Virus record (IMG/VR): IMGVR_UViG_3300010370_005113
Span: 6,919-70,918 of that record
Reading direction: 5' to 3' (one strand)
DNA: 64,000 bases
Source of the DNA: a virus
Under the pieces are notes generated by a model. The model was not told the DNA's origin, did no database searches, and saw only the letters and a program-made list of their open reading frames with translations. Shown in pieces: positions 1 through 10,262 of this stretch (the first letter of the stretch is position 1; each line of letters begins with the position of its first letter). Made by a program: the position numbers and the translations under genes.

Positions 1-1
1 A

Positions 2-541
2 ACAAAAAATATTAAAGTAGAGTTTCTTCCTACTTTTGATATTGAATATCTCTTCCTTAACATTCGCGGTAAGTCAGTTGGAGAAGAGATCGAAGTTAAT
101 ATCATCTGCCCAGACGATGGAGAAACTACAGTTCCCATAAAGATTTTTGTAGATGATATTAAAATTGAAAAAAATCCAGAACATAATAATCGAATTAAAC
201 TTGATGATTCGATTATGATGGAAATGAAGTATCCTTCATTAGATCAATTTATTAAGAGTAATTTTGATCTCTCTTCTGATACTACAATGGATCAATCCTT
301 TGAATTAATCTCTTCGTGTATTGATAAAATTTATACCGAAGAAGAAGTTTGGTCTGCAAATGATGTAACTAAAAAAGAATTAATGGAATTTTTGGATCAG
401 ATGAACTCAAATCAATTTAAAGAAATTGAAACGTTCTTTGAAACAATGCCTAAACTTTCTCATACAATTAAAGTAAAAAATCCAAAGACAGAAGTTGAGA
501 GTGAAGTTACGTTGGAGGGTCTCTCAAGTTTTTTCGTATAG
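2..541 (+). CDS. gp26: T4 gp26-like baseplate hub subunit (5' truncated by window)
   Basis: Frame is open from position 2 (TKNIKVEFLPTFDIEYLFLNIRGKSVGE...CPDDGET...MKYPSL...FFETMPKL), which resembles gp26-family proteins. The ORF-track start at 215 is internal. Confidence 0.85.
   Translation, partial: TKNIKVEFLPTFDIEYLFLNIRGKSVGEEIEVNIICPDDGETTVPIKIFVDDIKIEKNPEHNNRIKLDDSIMMEMKYPSLDQFIKSNFDLSSDTTMDQSFELISSCIDKIYTEEEVWSANDVTKKELMEFLDQMNSNQFKEIETFFETMPKLSHTIKVKNPKTEVESEVTLEGLSSFFV
529..535 (+). other. Candidate -1 ribosomal frameshift heptamer T-TTT-TTC
   Basis: In-frame X-XXY-YYZ heptamer two codons before the gp26 stop; the -1 frame reads TTT CGT ATA GGT ATG directly into gp51. Confidence 0.5.
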
Positions 542-543
542 GT

Positions 544-723
544 ATGAGTCATATGAACTTGGAGAGTTACTTCAAGTTAAATTTTTCGTTGATGCAATAC
601 CATAAATATTCATTAACGGAGATTGAAAATATGATGCCGTGGGAAAGAGATATCTATGTAATTCTATTGAAACAACATCTGGAAGAAGAAGAACAACGAG
701 CACAACAAAGATCTAATGGTTAG
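544..723 (+). CDS. gp51: T4 gp51-like baseplate hub assembly catalyst (59 aa, not in ORF track)
   Basis: Manual translation MSHMNLESYFKLNFSLMQYHKYSLTEIENMMPWERDIYVILLKQHLEEEEQRAQQRSNG; LMQYHKYSLTEIENMMPWER is typical of cyanophage gp51. Confidence 0.85.
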   Translation: MSHMNLESYFKLNFSLMQYHKYSLTEIENMMPWERDIYVILLKQHLEEEEQRAQQRSNG

Positions 724-3022
724 TAATCCAAGTAACCGAATTAAAACCGAAGCGATAGATGAGGTAATTTTAGGATTACTTGGATTAAAACCTGGCGCAG
801 AAATATACTATCAAACTTATTTTGATATCTTAAAAAAGAAACTAGCGATTGCAAGACTTGGTGGGAGAGAACTACCTCAAGAGGAAGATAATTTATTAAG
901 AGAAGAATTAAAAAGAATTCGTAGAATTAAGGATAAAGCAGTACCCTTTAGGATTAAAAAATCCAAAGTAAAAACTTCGGGATCCACTGGTACTGGGCCA
1001 AGTGTCGGTTATGCTAGAAATGGAAGATCTTCCAAAAGCAGTGCGATTGTAAAAGCACAAAGAGGAAAATTAGTTCCACAAACAATCACAATCAATTCAA
1101 AAGAAGTAAGTCAAATATCTCAAGGAGTAAATTTTGATGGTATCAAAAAAACTTTAAATTCTATTTTAGGAGTTTTAGCGTCAAAATTTAAGTTCGACCA
1201 AAAGCAATCTGATACTGAGAGAAAAGAAAAAGAGACTGAAAAAAGAGGAAAAGGGGAGAGCACTTTAGAAGGATTTAAAAAAGGTGTGGGTGCAATTGTA
1301 GCAACCACTAAGAAAATGCTTTCGCCATTTCAGGCGATTATTGATCGTATTTGGAGATTTGTATTCTTTACTCTCCTTGGTAGAGCATTCACTAAATTTA
1401 TGGAATGGATGAGTGATAAAGAAAACCAGAAAAAATTTAATTCCTTCATAGAGTTCTTATCCGACCACTGGCCCGCACTTGCTGGACTTTACATTTTATT
1501 TGGAACTGGATTTGGTAAATTAGTTCGTGGATTGTTGAAAGGCGTAACCCGAATGATTATTGCAATTGGAATGAATATTCCAAAGTTAATTCGATTTATA
1601 AAAAATAAACCAAGATTAGCAGGACTTTTTGCATCAGTAGCTGCACTAGGAACTGGATATTTAAGTAGAGAAGTTCAAAATCTTTTTGGCGACAAAGAAA
1701 CTCCAGAATCTGGACTGATTCCAAGAACAAATCCAGAATTAAATGATGCTAAAAAATCAGTAGATCAATCTAAGGCTGCTCCTGCACCAAAAATACCAGC
1801 AGGAAATCTTGGTGGTTTAATTCCATCTTTTAAAATGGGTGGATTTAATCCTTATGGTGGAATGAACTTTCAACAAGGAGTTCCAATTACTGGAGCAGGT
1901 CAAGATGATACTTTAATTGCAGCAAAAACTGGTGAAGCAATTTTAACTGAAAAGGATCAGCAAGATATCGGACAAAGATATATTGATAGAAATACCGGAG
2001 AACCATTAAGTATTCCTCAATATCTTTCGGGTAGAAATCCAAGAATGGTGTCTATGAATAACATTAGACCAAGATTTGGTGGAGGATTTAGTCTTGGTGG
2101 AATGATTCCTGGATTTAATGCGGGTGGAATGGTTGGAATGCAAGGTGGCGGATGGATGGGTGATTCTAGTATGGTTAATCCATTTAGAAGTCCAAGACAA
2201 TGGTATAACTTAGGTAGAAATGTTCGTATTCCAAATGAAAATACTGCTGGATGGAGACAACTGATTAGAGATGATCTTCAGCAAGTTGGTAAGTTTAAGA
2301 CGCCAACAGGGTATAAGGGATTTAATCCTTTTTGGTCGTTTACAAAGGGACTTGGTACAGGACCAACTCCTATACAAAGGCAACTTGTAGAGAGAGGTAT
2401 TCCACGAGCTGGACTTTTGCAGGCATTAACTGAAATACAAGGTTCTACTCCTCAAAGTGGTCCTGTTTATGAAAGAATGAAAAAGGCAAGAGGAGTAGCA
2501 ATGTCGAAATATGCCGCTAGAACAGGACAATTTGGTAGATATCAAAATGGTGGATTAATTTCTCAAGGACCGTTTACTCCATTATCTTCATCTGGACATA
2601 TTCTTTCACTTAAAGGTTTAAAAAGTGGGGGATTAATCAATGAAAATACTGGAATGAATATCCCTGGAGCAACTGCGGACAGGCAATTGATTAATGTTGC
2701 CGTTCAACCAGGGGAATCGAAATACATTTTTACCAGACAAGCAACTCAAAAAGGTGCTGTTGGTCTTGCTGATTTAATTCAAGCTAAATTAGATCCAAAT
2801 TCTGCAGCAGCAAAACGTGGATATAGATCAATAACTCCATATAGAAATGCAAACTTTGGTGGAATGATGACTCTTCCACCAATTACTCAAATGTCTGGTG
2901 GGTCAACAGCAAGAGCGTCTGGATATGCTGGTGGATCAAGAGCACCTTCATTCTCCGCTATTCCTATGATGAATGATCGAGATCAGAATGCGTCTTGGTA
3001 TGGAATTAATAATTTAGGATAA
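716..3022 (+). CDS. Tail tape-measure/baseplate hub-like protein
   Basis: 768 aa with charged helical N-half, hydrophobic segments and repeated xGGxI/V linkers; directly follows gp26/gp51. Confidence 0.5.
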   Translation: MVSNPSNRIKTEAIDEVILGLLGLKPGAEIYYQTYFDILKKKLAIARLGGRELPQEEDNLLREELKRIRRIKDKAVPFRIKKSKVKTSGSTGTGPSVGYARNGRSSKSSAIVKAQRGKLVPQTITINSKEVSQISQGVNFDGIKKTLNSILGVLASKFKFDQKQSDTERKEKETEKRGKGESTLEGFKKGVGAIVATTKKMLSPFQAIIDRIWRFVFFTLLGRAFTKFMEWMSDKENQKKFNSFIEFLSDHWPALAGLYILFGTGFGKLVRGLLKGVTRMIIAIGMNIPKLIRFIKNKPRLAGLFASVAALGTGYLSREVQNLFGDKETPESGLIPRTNPELNDAKKSVDQSKAAPAPKIPAGNLGGLIPSFKMGGFNPYGGMNFQQGVPITGAGQDDTLIAAKTGEAILTEKDQQDIGQRYIDRNTGEPLSIPQYLSGRNPRMVSMNNIRPRFGGGFSLGGMIPGFNAGGMVGMQGGGWMGDSSMVNPFRSPRQWYNLGRNVRIPNENTAGWRQLIRDDLQQVGKFKTPTGYKGFNPFWSFTKGLGTGPTPIQRQLVERGIPRAGLLQALTEIQGSTPQSGPVYERMKKARGVAMSKYAARTGQFGRYQNGGLISQGPFTPLSSSGHILSLKGLKSGGLINENTGMNIPGATADRQLINVAVQPGESKYIFTRQATQKGAVGLADLIQAKLDPNSAAAKRGYRSITPYRNANFGGMMTLPPITQMSGGSTARASGYAGGSRAPSFSAIPMMNDRDQNASWYGINNLG

Positions 3023-3026
3023 GAAT

Positions 3027-5954
3027 ATGGCGAAGATTACAGATCCATCTAAACTACTTCCATCAGCAAAGTCATCAACAATTAAAGTTGGAAAAACGCC
3101 ATCTGTTAAATTGTCAAAGAAAAACTTATCTTTATCTAAACTCTTAATCGGAGATAAAACCTCCAAACAATCTTTGGAAGTTAATAATAAGTTAATTAAG
3201 GTTGAGAAATTTTTAAAATCAGATCTTGTATTGGATCAGAAAAAAGCAGAGAAAAAAAGAAAAGAAAAAGAAAAACAAGATTTTAGTGAAGCAGAAAAGA
3301 AGTTAGAAACACCAAAATTAAAAGGATTTAAGTTTCCAAGTTTTGCGGCACCTTCACTGGGATTTCTTGATCGCGTAAAAAGGTTTATATTTTTTACCGC
3401 TCTTGGGTGGGCTTTACCGAAGATACTTGAAGTTCTTCCAAAGTTAGAAGGATTTGCGAAAATTATTGGAGGAGTTTATAATTTTGCTGAGGGATTATTC
3501 GGAAAACTCTTTGATGGGTTTATGAGTTTGGTAAAGTTTGGTGGAGATCTAAAAGATAAAACATTAGGATTTATTGCAACAGCAAAGGCAGGAGTTGGTG
3601 GAAACTATCAAACAGAATTTGATAAATTAGAGAAAAAGTTTAATGACTTTGTAAATATATCAATTCTTGCTGGAGTTTTAAGTGCTGATATAGGTCTTTC
3701 TGCTTTTGATGAATATAATAAATGGAGAAAAAAGAACGCACCCGAACCAGGAAAACCCAGAGAGGGTGGAAAACCTCCAGCAGGAAGACCTAAAGTAACA
3801 CAAGGAAGAGGGGGACAGAAACCAACAGGAAAACCAAGAATAACAGGAGACGTTCAAAAACCACCTTCTTGGTGGAACAGAATTTTTAAGGGACCCTTTG
3901 CAAAACTTAAAGGACCTTTAAGTAAGTTTGCAGGCGCTGCAGTTCCTGGTCTTGGTGCTGTTGTTGGTGCTGCTGATGCAAAAGCAAGGTTTTCCGCTGG
4001 AGATAATATTGGTGGGGCATTAGCATCTGTTTCTGCTGGTCTTGACGCTATTACTGCAGCACTTGCAATAACTGGAGTTGGAGCTCCTGCTGCTGCTATT
4101 TTTGGGGTCGTTAGTATTGGTATTGATGTTATTCTTTTAATTCGTGATATTGTAAAAACATTTTTTCCTTTTATTCCAATGTTTTCCCGTGGTGGAAAAG
4201 TAGTTCGTAGATATCAAGGTGGCGGGTCTACAAGGGGTGGAAGACCTGTTGGTGGTGCTCCAAGAAGAACACTTAGAAATATAGGACCAAGAAGAAAACC
4301 ATTTAAAGTTCTACCACCAAAGTCTCAACCAGGTAAAGATATTGGTGGGGAAAAACAAATAAGGAAATTATATCCAGATCCTGATAAGATGATGACTATG
4401 GATGAGTGGAATAGAGCGGGTGGAGTAGGAACTTATCAGCAGTATTTGGATGATTTTAAAAAGAAAAAGAAAAAACCAAATCCGTATAAAGCACTAACTG
4501 GAACTGCAAAAATTTTAAAAGATATTCCATTGGTTGGTGGATTGATGGGCGCAGCAGTTGATATTGCACTAGGTCAAAAACCAGATAAAAAAGTATATCA
4601 AACGATTGCATCTGGAATTGGATTTTTTATTGATTCTTTAGCAGATCAAAAAGTTAATAAGAGTATGAGTTCTTTGATGTCTCAAATTAAAGGATTTGCT
4701 GGCGGTGGAACAGTTCCTTCAAGAGAATTAAGAGGAACTACTAGTGGTATAAGTAGTGCAGATTTAATTGCTAAAATTCTTGAACCAACCATTGGACAAA
4801 AAGTGAATGAAGCGATTAATAGTATTGAAAAAGAATTGAAACTTAAATCAGGAAAAGATTCTGGAAGAGATCCTGGAAAAAAATCTCCAACAGTAGTTCC
4901 TGATACTTATGATCCAGGAAAAACGGGATCCTTTCCATCTGGAGCCTATGTCGGAGAACCAGGAGATACAGACGGTCAGCAAACTGGATTAGATATGAAT
5001 CTTTCTGGTGGTATTGGAACGCCAATTTATGCTCCTAGAGATTTGATCTATAAGTCAAAAGGAACTGATGGAAATGCTTCTGTTGGATTGGACGGAACTT
5101 CAGATGTTCTTGGACCGTCTGGGTCTGGATTTGGATTTTATGGTGCCTATTATTTCAAGGATGGAAATAAAGAATATGAAGTTTTAATGGGACACTTTAG
5201 AGATCTACCTTATAGAGGATCTAAAGATGGTGATATCATTAAAAAAGGAACTCTGTTGGGATATCAAGGAGCATCTGGTCGTACAGTAGGTGCTGGTAAT
5301 CAACCCTACCCCCACATTTCACTTCATTTAAATGGAATTGGATTTCAAGCATCAAATCAAGAACTTGTAAATTTCGCAGATAGTTTACGTAAATCTGGTG
5401 GAACAAAAGCACAACCACAAGTAAAACCAACAACGGGTTCTAAAAAATCGGGCACTTCTTTAGCGTCTTGGTATGGTCCTGATTTTTATGGAAATCAAAC
5501 CGCCGATACTACCGGAAAATATATTTTAGAAAGAGATAGTCTTTGGGTTGCTCATAAATCATTACCTTTTGGAACTAAAGTTAAATTTACATACAATGGT
5601 AAAACTTTAACTCTTCCTGTTAGAGATAGGGGTCCTTTTCACGGTAATAGAGAATGGGATTTAACAGAGGCTGCAGCAGACAGACTTGGAATGAAAAGTG
5701 CAGGTGAGGTGGATATTCAATATGAAGTTCTTGGAAAACAGAGTGGTGGTCTCATAGCACCATCAAAACTAAACCGTCCAATACCAAATTCATTTGCTTC
5801 TTATGAAAACTACGGACAAGGAATGATGATTGCAATTCAACCAATTCAAATGATTGTAGAAAAACCAGTTCCTGTTTCTTCTGGTGGAAACTCTATGATT
5901 GCATTTCCTGTTTTTGTTGGAGTAAATAATAGTAACGATTTAGATAGAGCATAA
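3027..5954 (+). CDS. Tail-associated protein with M23-like domain and RlpA-like (DPBB) lytic transglycosylase domain
   Basis: GTPIYAP...KKGTLLGYQGASG...PH (M23-like fold); ASWYG...AHKSLPFGT...DRGPF...DLTEAAA (RlpA/DPBB). N-half resembles the upstream gene. Confidence 0.75.
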   Translation: MAKITDPSKLLPSAKSSTIKVGKTPSVKLSKKNLSLSKLLIGDKTSKQSLEVNNKLIKVEKFLKSDLVLDQKKAEKKRKEKEKQDFSEAEKKLETPKLKGFKFPSFAAPSLGFLDRVKRFIFFTALGWALPKILEVLPKLEGFAKIIGGVYNFAEGLFGKLFDGFMSLVKFGGDLKDKTLGFIATAKAGVGGNYQTEFDKLEKKFNDFVNISILAGVLSADIGLSAFDEYNKWRKKNAPEPGKPREGGKPPAGRPKVTQGRGGQKPTGKPRITGDVQKPPSWWNRIFKGPFAKLKGPLSKFAGAAVPGLGAVVGAADAKARFSAGDNIGGALASVSAGLDAITAALAITGVGAPAAAIFGVVSIGIDVILLIRDIVKTFFPFIPMFSRGGKVVRRYQGGGSTRGGRPVGGAPRRTLRNIGPRRKPFKVLPPKSQPGKDIGGEKQIRKLYPDPDKMMTMDEWNRAGGVGTYQQYLDDFKKKKKKPNPYKALTGTAKILKDIPLVGGLMGAAVDIALGQKPDKKVYQTIASGIGFFIDSLADQKVNKSMSSLMSQIKGFAGGGTVPSRELRGTTSGISSADLIAKILEPTIGQKVNEAINSIEKELKLKSGKDSGRDPGKKSPTVVPDTYDPGKTGSFPSGAYVGEPGDTDGQQTGLDMNLSGGIGTPIYAPRDLIYKSKGTDGNASVGLDGTSDVLGPSGSGFGFYGAYYFKDGNKEYEVLMGHFRDLPYRGSKDGDIIKKGTLLGYQGASGRTVGAGNQPYPHISLHLNGIGFQASNQELVNFADSLRKSGGTKAQPQVKPTTGSKKSGTSLASWYGPDFYGNQTADTTGKYILERDSLWVAHKSLPFGTKVKFTYNGKTLTLPVRDRGPFHGNREWDLTEAAADRLGMKSAGEVDIQYEVLGKQSGGLIAPSKLNRPIPNSFASYENYGQGMMIAIQPIQMIVEKPVPVSSGGNSMIAFPVFVGVNNSNDLDRA

Positions 5955-5955
5955 G

Positions 5956-7266
5956 ATGCCCGAAAACATTTCAGCACAAGGAGGTCAATCCCAAATTACT
6001 CAGTTTGAAACAATAGCAGAACGTGGTAAAGAGACTTTAGATTTATCTAAAGTTAATGAGTTAAATTATTATGAGAGTATTCTAGAGCATACAATAAGAG
6101 TCACCGCAACAATTGCTGATACTGGTTATCGTTCTCAAAAAAAGTCAGGAAATGCTGTAGCAACAAGATCTGATGATATTAATGGTAGATTTGTAAATCT
6201 TAAAATTGTTGATGGAAATGAAAATAAACTTCAATTTACTGGAGAAAATAAATTAAGAATTGCTTTCTCTAATATTATTGAAGAAAGCACAAATAAAATG
6301 TTTTTTACAATAGATCTAACCTCAAGAGAATATGATGATAATCCAAAGTTAAAGTGTGCTGTTGTAAAAAGATATGATGGAAAAGTTGATGGGAGTATTA
6401 CAAGAATTTTGAAGGAATGTATTAAAACGAAAAAATCAATTGATGTAGATCCAACATTAAATACTTTTAATTTTTCTGGGAAATCTCAAACTCCTTTTTA
6501 TCTTTGCACTTGGTTAGCAACAAGATCTGTTCCGGAAATGCAAGGGGCTAATAAAAATCTTGCAGGTTACTTTTTTTATGAAACCTCAGAGGGATATAAA
6601 TTTAAATCTATTGATAAACTTTTCGAACAAAAACCAAAAAGAGTATTAATTTTTAATAATATTATTGGGAGTATTCCTGCCGGATATGATGGAAAGATTA
6701 TAGATTATTCTTTTGATAAAACTTTTAATCTCAAACAATTAAGACAAACTGGTGCTTTAGGTCAAACACAATTGCGGACATTTAATCTTTTAAATAATAA
6801 GTATGAAGAATCTGAATTCAATTATAAAAAACAATTTCAGGGGACAAACACTGCGGGAACAAAACCAATTAATTATGGAGAGGATCAGGATGAAACGACG
6901 AGAAGATTTTTCTCTGTGAAAGATTTTGGAGTTATGCCTTCAGGATCTACAAAAGATCAAATACAAAAATCAAAAAACACTTTGAACTTTAATGTTGATG
7001 ATATATTAAGACAATCTACGATGAGGTATAACAGTTTATATACAATTAAACTCTCTATAGTAATTGCTGGTGATATAAGTTTACACGCAGGAGACTTAAT
7101 ACATTGTGATTTTCCAGAAGTTAGTGGAGAAAAACTTAAGTTAGTGGACTCCGAAAAAAGTGGTATATATATGATACATGACCTATGCCATAGAATCACA
7201 AAAAACGGATGTTATACTAGATTAAATCTTGTAAGAGATTCTATTGGCAGAAAACCCATTAAGTAG
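5956..7266 (+). CDS. Baseplate hub/tail protein (gp27-like position)
   Basis: YYESI, GYFFYETSEGYKFKSIDKL and SGIYMIHDLCH motifs; lies upstream of the gp5-like gene; GTAAATA at 5922-5928. Confidence 0.6.
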   Translation: MPENISAQGGQSQITQFETIAERGKETLDLSKVNELNYYESILEHTIRVTATIADTGYRSQKKSGNAVATRSDDINGRFVNLKIVDGNENKLQFTGENKLRIAFSNIIEESTNKMFFTIDLTSREYDDNPKLKCAVVKRYDGKVDGSITRILKECIKTKKSIDVDPTLNTFNFSGKSQTPFYLCTWLATRSVPEMQGANKNLAGYFFYETSEGYKFKSIDKLFEQKPKRVLIFNNIIGSIPAGYDGKIIDYSFDKTFNLKQLRQTGALGQTQLRTFNLLNNKYEESEFNYKKQFQGTNTAGTKPINYGEDQDETTRRFFSVKDFGVMPSGSTKDQIQKSKNTLNFNVDDILRQSTMRYNSLYTIKLSIVIAGDISLHAGDLIHCDFPEVSGEKLKLVDSEKSGIYMIHDLCHRITKNGCYTRLNLVRDSIGRKPIK

Positions 7267-7267
7267 T

Positions 7268-7483
7268 ATGGACAAAACACTTCAGCAACACATTAATAAT
7301 GATCGTGATGAGTTAGACAATCCAAATACAAGTAGTCAACGTCGTCGTCATTTGGAAGATGAACTAGATGCTTTAGAACAGTATAAAGCAAATCATCCTG
7401 ATGATGATCATGACCCAACTCCTTTAGAGTTATATTGCGACGCACATCCTGATGCACTTGAGTGTAGAGTTTATGATGACTGA
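7268..7483 (+). CDS. cp12: CP12 Calvin-cycle regulator (cyanophage type)
   Basis: C-terminal PTPLELYCDAHPDALECRVYDD matches the CP12 C-terminal Cys pair motif; ATG at 7268 follows the upstream stop. Confidence 0.9.
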   Translation: MDKTLQQHINNDRDELDNPNTSSQRRRHLEDELDALEQYKANHPDDDHDPTPLELYCDAHPDALECRVYDD

Positions 7484-9687
7484 TGAGTAATTTAAACGCT
7501 AAAGCAACAACTCCTGCTATCATTTGGTGGGGTCAGGTAGTTGATGATTCTGTTTGGAAAGAAAATCAACCAGGTAAACTTTGGAAATATTCTGATGAGA
7601 TTCCTGGTTGGGGAACAAGATATAAAGTTCGTATCTTAGGTAGAGATACTGAAAAAAAAGATGTCCCAGACGATCAATTGGAGTGGGCAGAGTGCTCGTT
7701 TCCCGTAACTTCTGGTTCTGGACATGCTGGTAGTTATCAAACTTCAAATTTAAGAAAAGGTGCATTTGTTTTTGGGTTCTATAAAGATGGAACTCATATG
7801 TCTGAGCCCATCATTATTGGTTGTTTAAGTAATAACGAACAAATACAATTATCACAATCGATACCATTAAAGGGATTTGTTCCTTTTAGTGGATACGTTA
7901 AAGAAAAAGTTTCTTACAACGATATTCCTGCCGAAGGATCTATTCCAAAAGAGAAACTTCCTTTAGAAGGTAATAATAATTCTACTCAAAATAATATTGC
8001 TACTCAACAACAGAGACAGAAGGGGCAACAATCAAAATCTCTAGCAGTTTCAAAAGATTGTGATCCTTTACAATTCAAAGCACTTCAAATTGAAATAAAA
8101 GGATTTATACAAGACATTCAGAAATTTAAATCTCAAGTAAAAAGTTGGAAGAATACGGTCCTTAAACCAATTAAAGAAAACGGTGAAGAATATTCTATTT
8201 CCGAATACATTCAATATAAAATTCAAAATGTTTCTAAAAGTATTTCTAAAAAAGTAAAAAATATTGTTACTCAAGTTGATAAGTATATCACAAGAAAAAT
8301 TAATAATGCTGCTAAAGATCTTTATTTGATGATTCCTCCAAATCAAAGACCAGGAATAAAAAGTGCAATGGATACTGTGAACGATCTTCTTGCATGTTTG
8401 TTTAGAAAAATCATTTCAAATCTTTTGAAAATGATGACTGATATTCTAAAAGCAATTGCTGATAGATTTATTAATGCTCCTTTATGTGCTATTCAAAATA
8501 TTATTTCATCCTTACTTGGGAAATTGATGGCTCTAATTACAAGTGCAGTTGAAAAAATTATTAAACCACTTGAGGCATTAATTGGTGGAATTTTTGATGC
8601 AGTTGGTGGTGTTCTTGATTTTATTACAGATCTACTCTCATTCTTATCATGCGATGATCAACCTCAATGTCCAGATTCAGATGAATGGGTTCCTTGGGAG
8701 GGATCAAAAAAACTTAACCTTGGATCAAGTGTAAACAATATTATTAGTCAGGCAAATAGCATTGCTTCCAATGCACAAAAAGTTGTTGATCCCGATAATT
8801 TTAATTTTAATTTAGATTTTAGTGATATATTTCAGGATACCTGTAATGTCGGTCCTCTATTCTGCGGTCCTCCGACAGTTGAATTTTATGGTGGAGGTGG
8901 ATCTGGAGCTGCCGGTAATGCAATTGTAAGTGCTACTGGAGATATTCTTGGTGTTGACTTAAGAAGTTTAGGTTCTGGATATCAATCAGCACCTTTTGTT
9001 AATTTTGTAGATGCTTGTGGAAAAGGTCAAGGAGCAACGGGAAGAGCAATTATTAATTCAAACGGTCAGGTCATAAAAGTAATTATGGATAATCCTGGTT
9101 TTGGATATCTGTCTGCACCAAATGGAGATCAGGGTGGAGATGGAAGAACTTGGGCAAAATCTGGAGACACAATTGTAAAAAGAAAAGATGGGACATATGA
9201 TCAACCATATGAAGCTGGAGAAACATTTCAAGTTAGTCCAGGAGATACTGTTTATTCTTGTGGTAATACAACAAACATCACAGAATCTGCAACTCTCACT
9301 GCTCCAAAGTGCTCAACTGTGACTTTACCTAGAGGAGAAGATCCGTCATTGAACAATGGTCAGTATCCTACTGTTCTAGAATTGGATAGTATTGCTATTG
9401 ATACTCCAGGAATAAACTATGGTCCTAAAGATAAAATGATTATTACTCCAAATAATGGAGCCGAATTAAGACCAAAGTATGATGCTTTAGGTTCCTTAAT
9501 TAAAGTTGATGTTGTTAAACCTGGAATTGGTTTTACAGAATATCCAAGTATTGAAATTGAAACAGAAACAGGTTATAATGCAGTTTTACTTCCTGTATTT
9601 AAGGTAAATAGAGTTGGAGATGCTCAGGATGTTCCTGTTGCACCTTCTCAAATTATTTCTGTAGTAGATTGTGTGGGTAAATTTTAA
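7483..9687 (+). CDS. gp5: gp5-like baseplate central spike protein (N-terminal OB fold; no lysozyme domain recognised)
   Basis: WWGQVVD...RYKVRILG...LEWA...GAFVFGFYKDG...PIIIG resembles the gp5/VgrG OB domain; later GxGY repeats. Confidence 0.7.
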   Translation: MSNLNAKATTPAIIWWGQVVDDSVWKENQPGKLWKYSDEIPGWGTRYKVRILGRDTEKKDVPDDQLEWAECSFPVTSGSGHAGSYQTSNLRKGAFVFGFYKDGTHMSEPIIIGCLSNNEQIQLSQSIPLKGFVPFSGYVKEKVSYNDIPAEGSIPKEKLPLEGNNNSTQNNIATQQQRQKGQQSKSLAVSKDCDPLQFKALQIEIKGFIQDIQKFKSQVKSWKNTVLKPIKENGEEYSISEYIQYKIQNVSKSISKKVKNIVTQVDKYITRKINNAAKDLYLMIPPNQRPGIKSAMDTVNDLLACLFRKIISNLLKMMTDILKAIADRFINAPLCAIQNIISSLLGKLMALITSAVEKIIKPLEALIGGIFDAVGGVLDFITDLLSFLSCDDQPQCPDSDEWVPWEGSKKLNLGSSVNNIISQANSIASNAQKVVDPDNFNFNLDFSDIFQDTCNVGPLFCGPPTVEFYGGGGSGAAGNAIVSATGDILGVDLRSLGSGYQSAPFVNFVDACGKGQGATGRAIINSNGQVIKVIMDNPGFGYLSAPNGDQGGDGRTWAKSGDTIVKRKDGTYDQPYEAGETFQVSPGDTVYSCGNTTNITESATLTAPKCSTVTLPRGEDPSLNNGQYPTVLELDSIAIDTPGINYGPKDKMIITPNNGAELRPKYDALGSLIKVDVVKPGIGFTEYPSIEIETETGYNAVLLPVFKVNRVGDAQDVPVAPSQIISVVDCVGKF

Positions 9688-10262
9688 TGGCTGAAACTAA
9701 AAATTATCATGCTATAGGTTATGGTAATAAAGATGGAGAAATAAAATTCGGACATATTCATGAAGATGGGGTCCTGGCTGGGGCAACCTTAAGAAGTGGT
9801 CATGACTCAAATCACTACATATCATTAGATTCTAGTGGTAGTAAAACTAGAAAGCACGGAACAATATGTAGTTCTCCTGGGACATTTCAAGTTCTTGCTG
9901 GAGAAAATGTTCCATCCGGACAAAATGGAGTTTTTATTGACGCTGAGAACGGTGATTTGGTTATAAGAGCAAAAAATGGTAGAATAAGAATTCTTGCCGA
10001 AAATATTGATTTGATTGCTGAAGGAGCCGATGGTAAAAATGGAGTTGTAAGAGTCGAAGGTAACGAAAAAGTTATTGTTAAGTCTCAGATTATTGAGATA
10101 AATTCGACAACATCAACTAAAATTTTTTCTGAAAAAACTGTTGAAGTGATTGGTAAAGGAATTTTAAACATATATGGGGGATTAATTGATGCTGCAGATG
10201 GAGCAACAAAAATGAAAGGATCTAAAGGTGGTTCAACAAACGAGGATAGAAACAAACTATGA
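9687..10262 (+). CDS. Baseplate spike-associated beta-helix protein (gp5 C-terminal-like)
   Basis: Repeating short beta strands (IDAENGDLVIRAKNGRIRILAENIDLIAEG); overlaps the gp5-like stop codon. Confidence 0.5.
   Translation: MAETKNYHAIGYGNKDGEIKFGHIHEDGVLAGATLRSGHDSNHYISLDSSGSKTRKHGTICSSPGTFQVLAGENVPSGQNGVFIDAENGDLVIRAKNGRIRILAENIDLIAEGADGKNGVVRVEGNEKVIVKSQIIEINSTTSTKIFSEKTVEVIGKGILNIYGGLIDAADGATKMKGSKGGSTNEDRNKL

Noticed and set aside
215-541. ORF-track start at 215
   Set aside because: The frame is open to the window start with gp26-like sequence, so the gene begins upstream.
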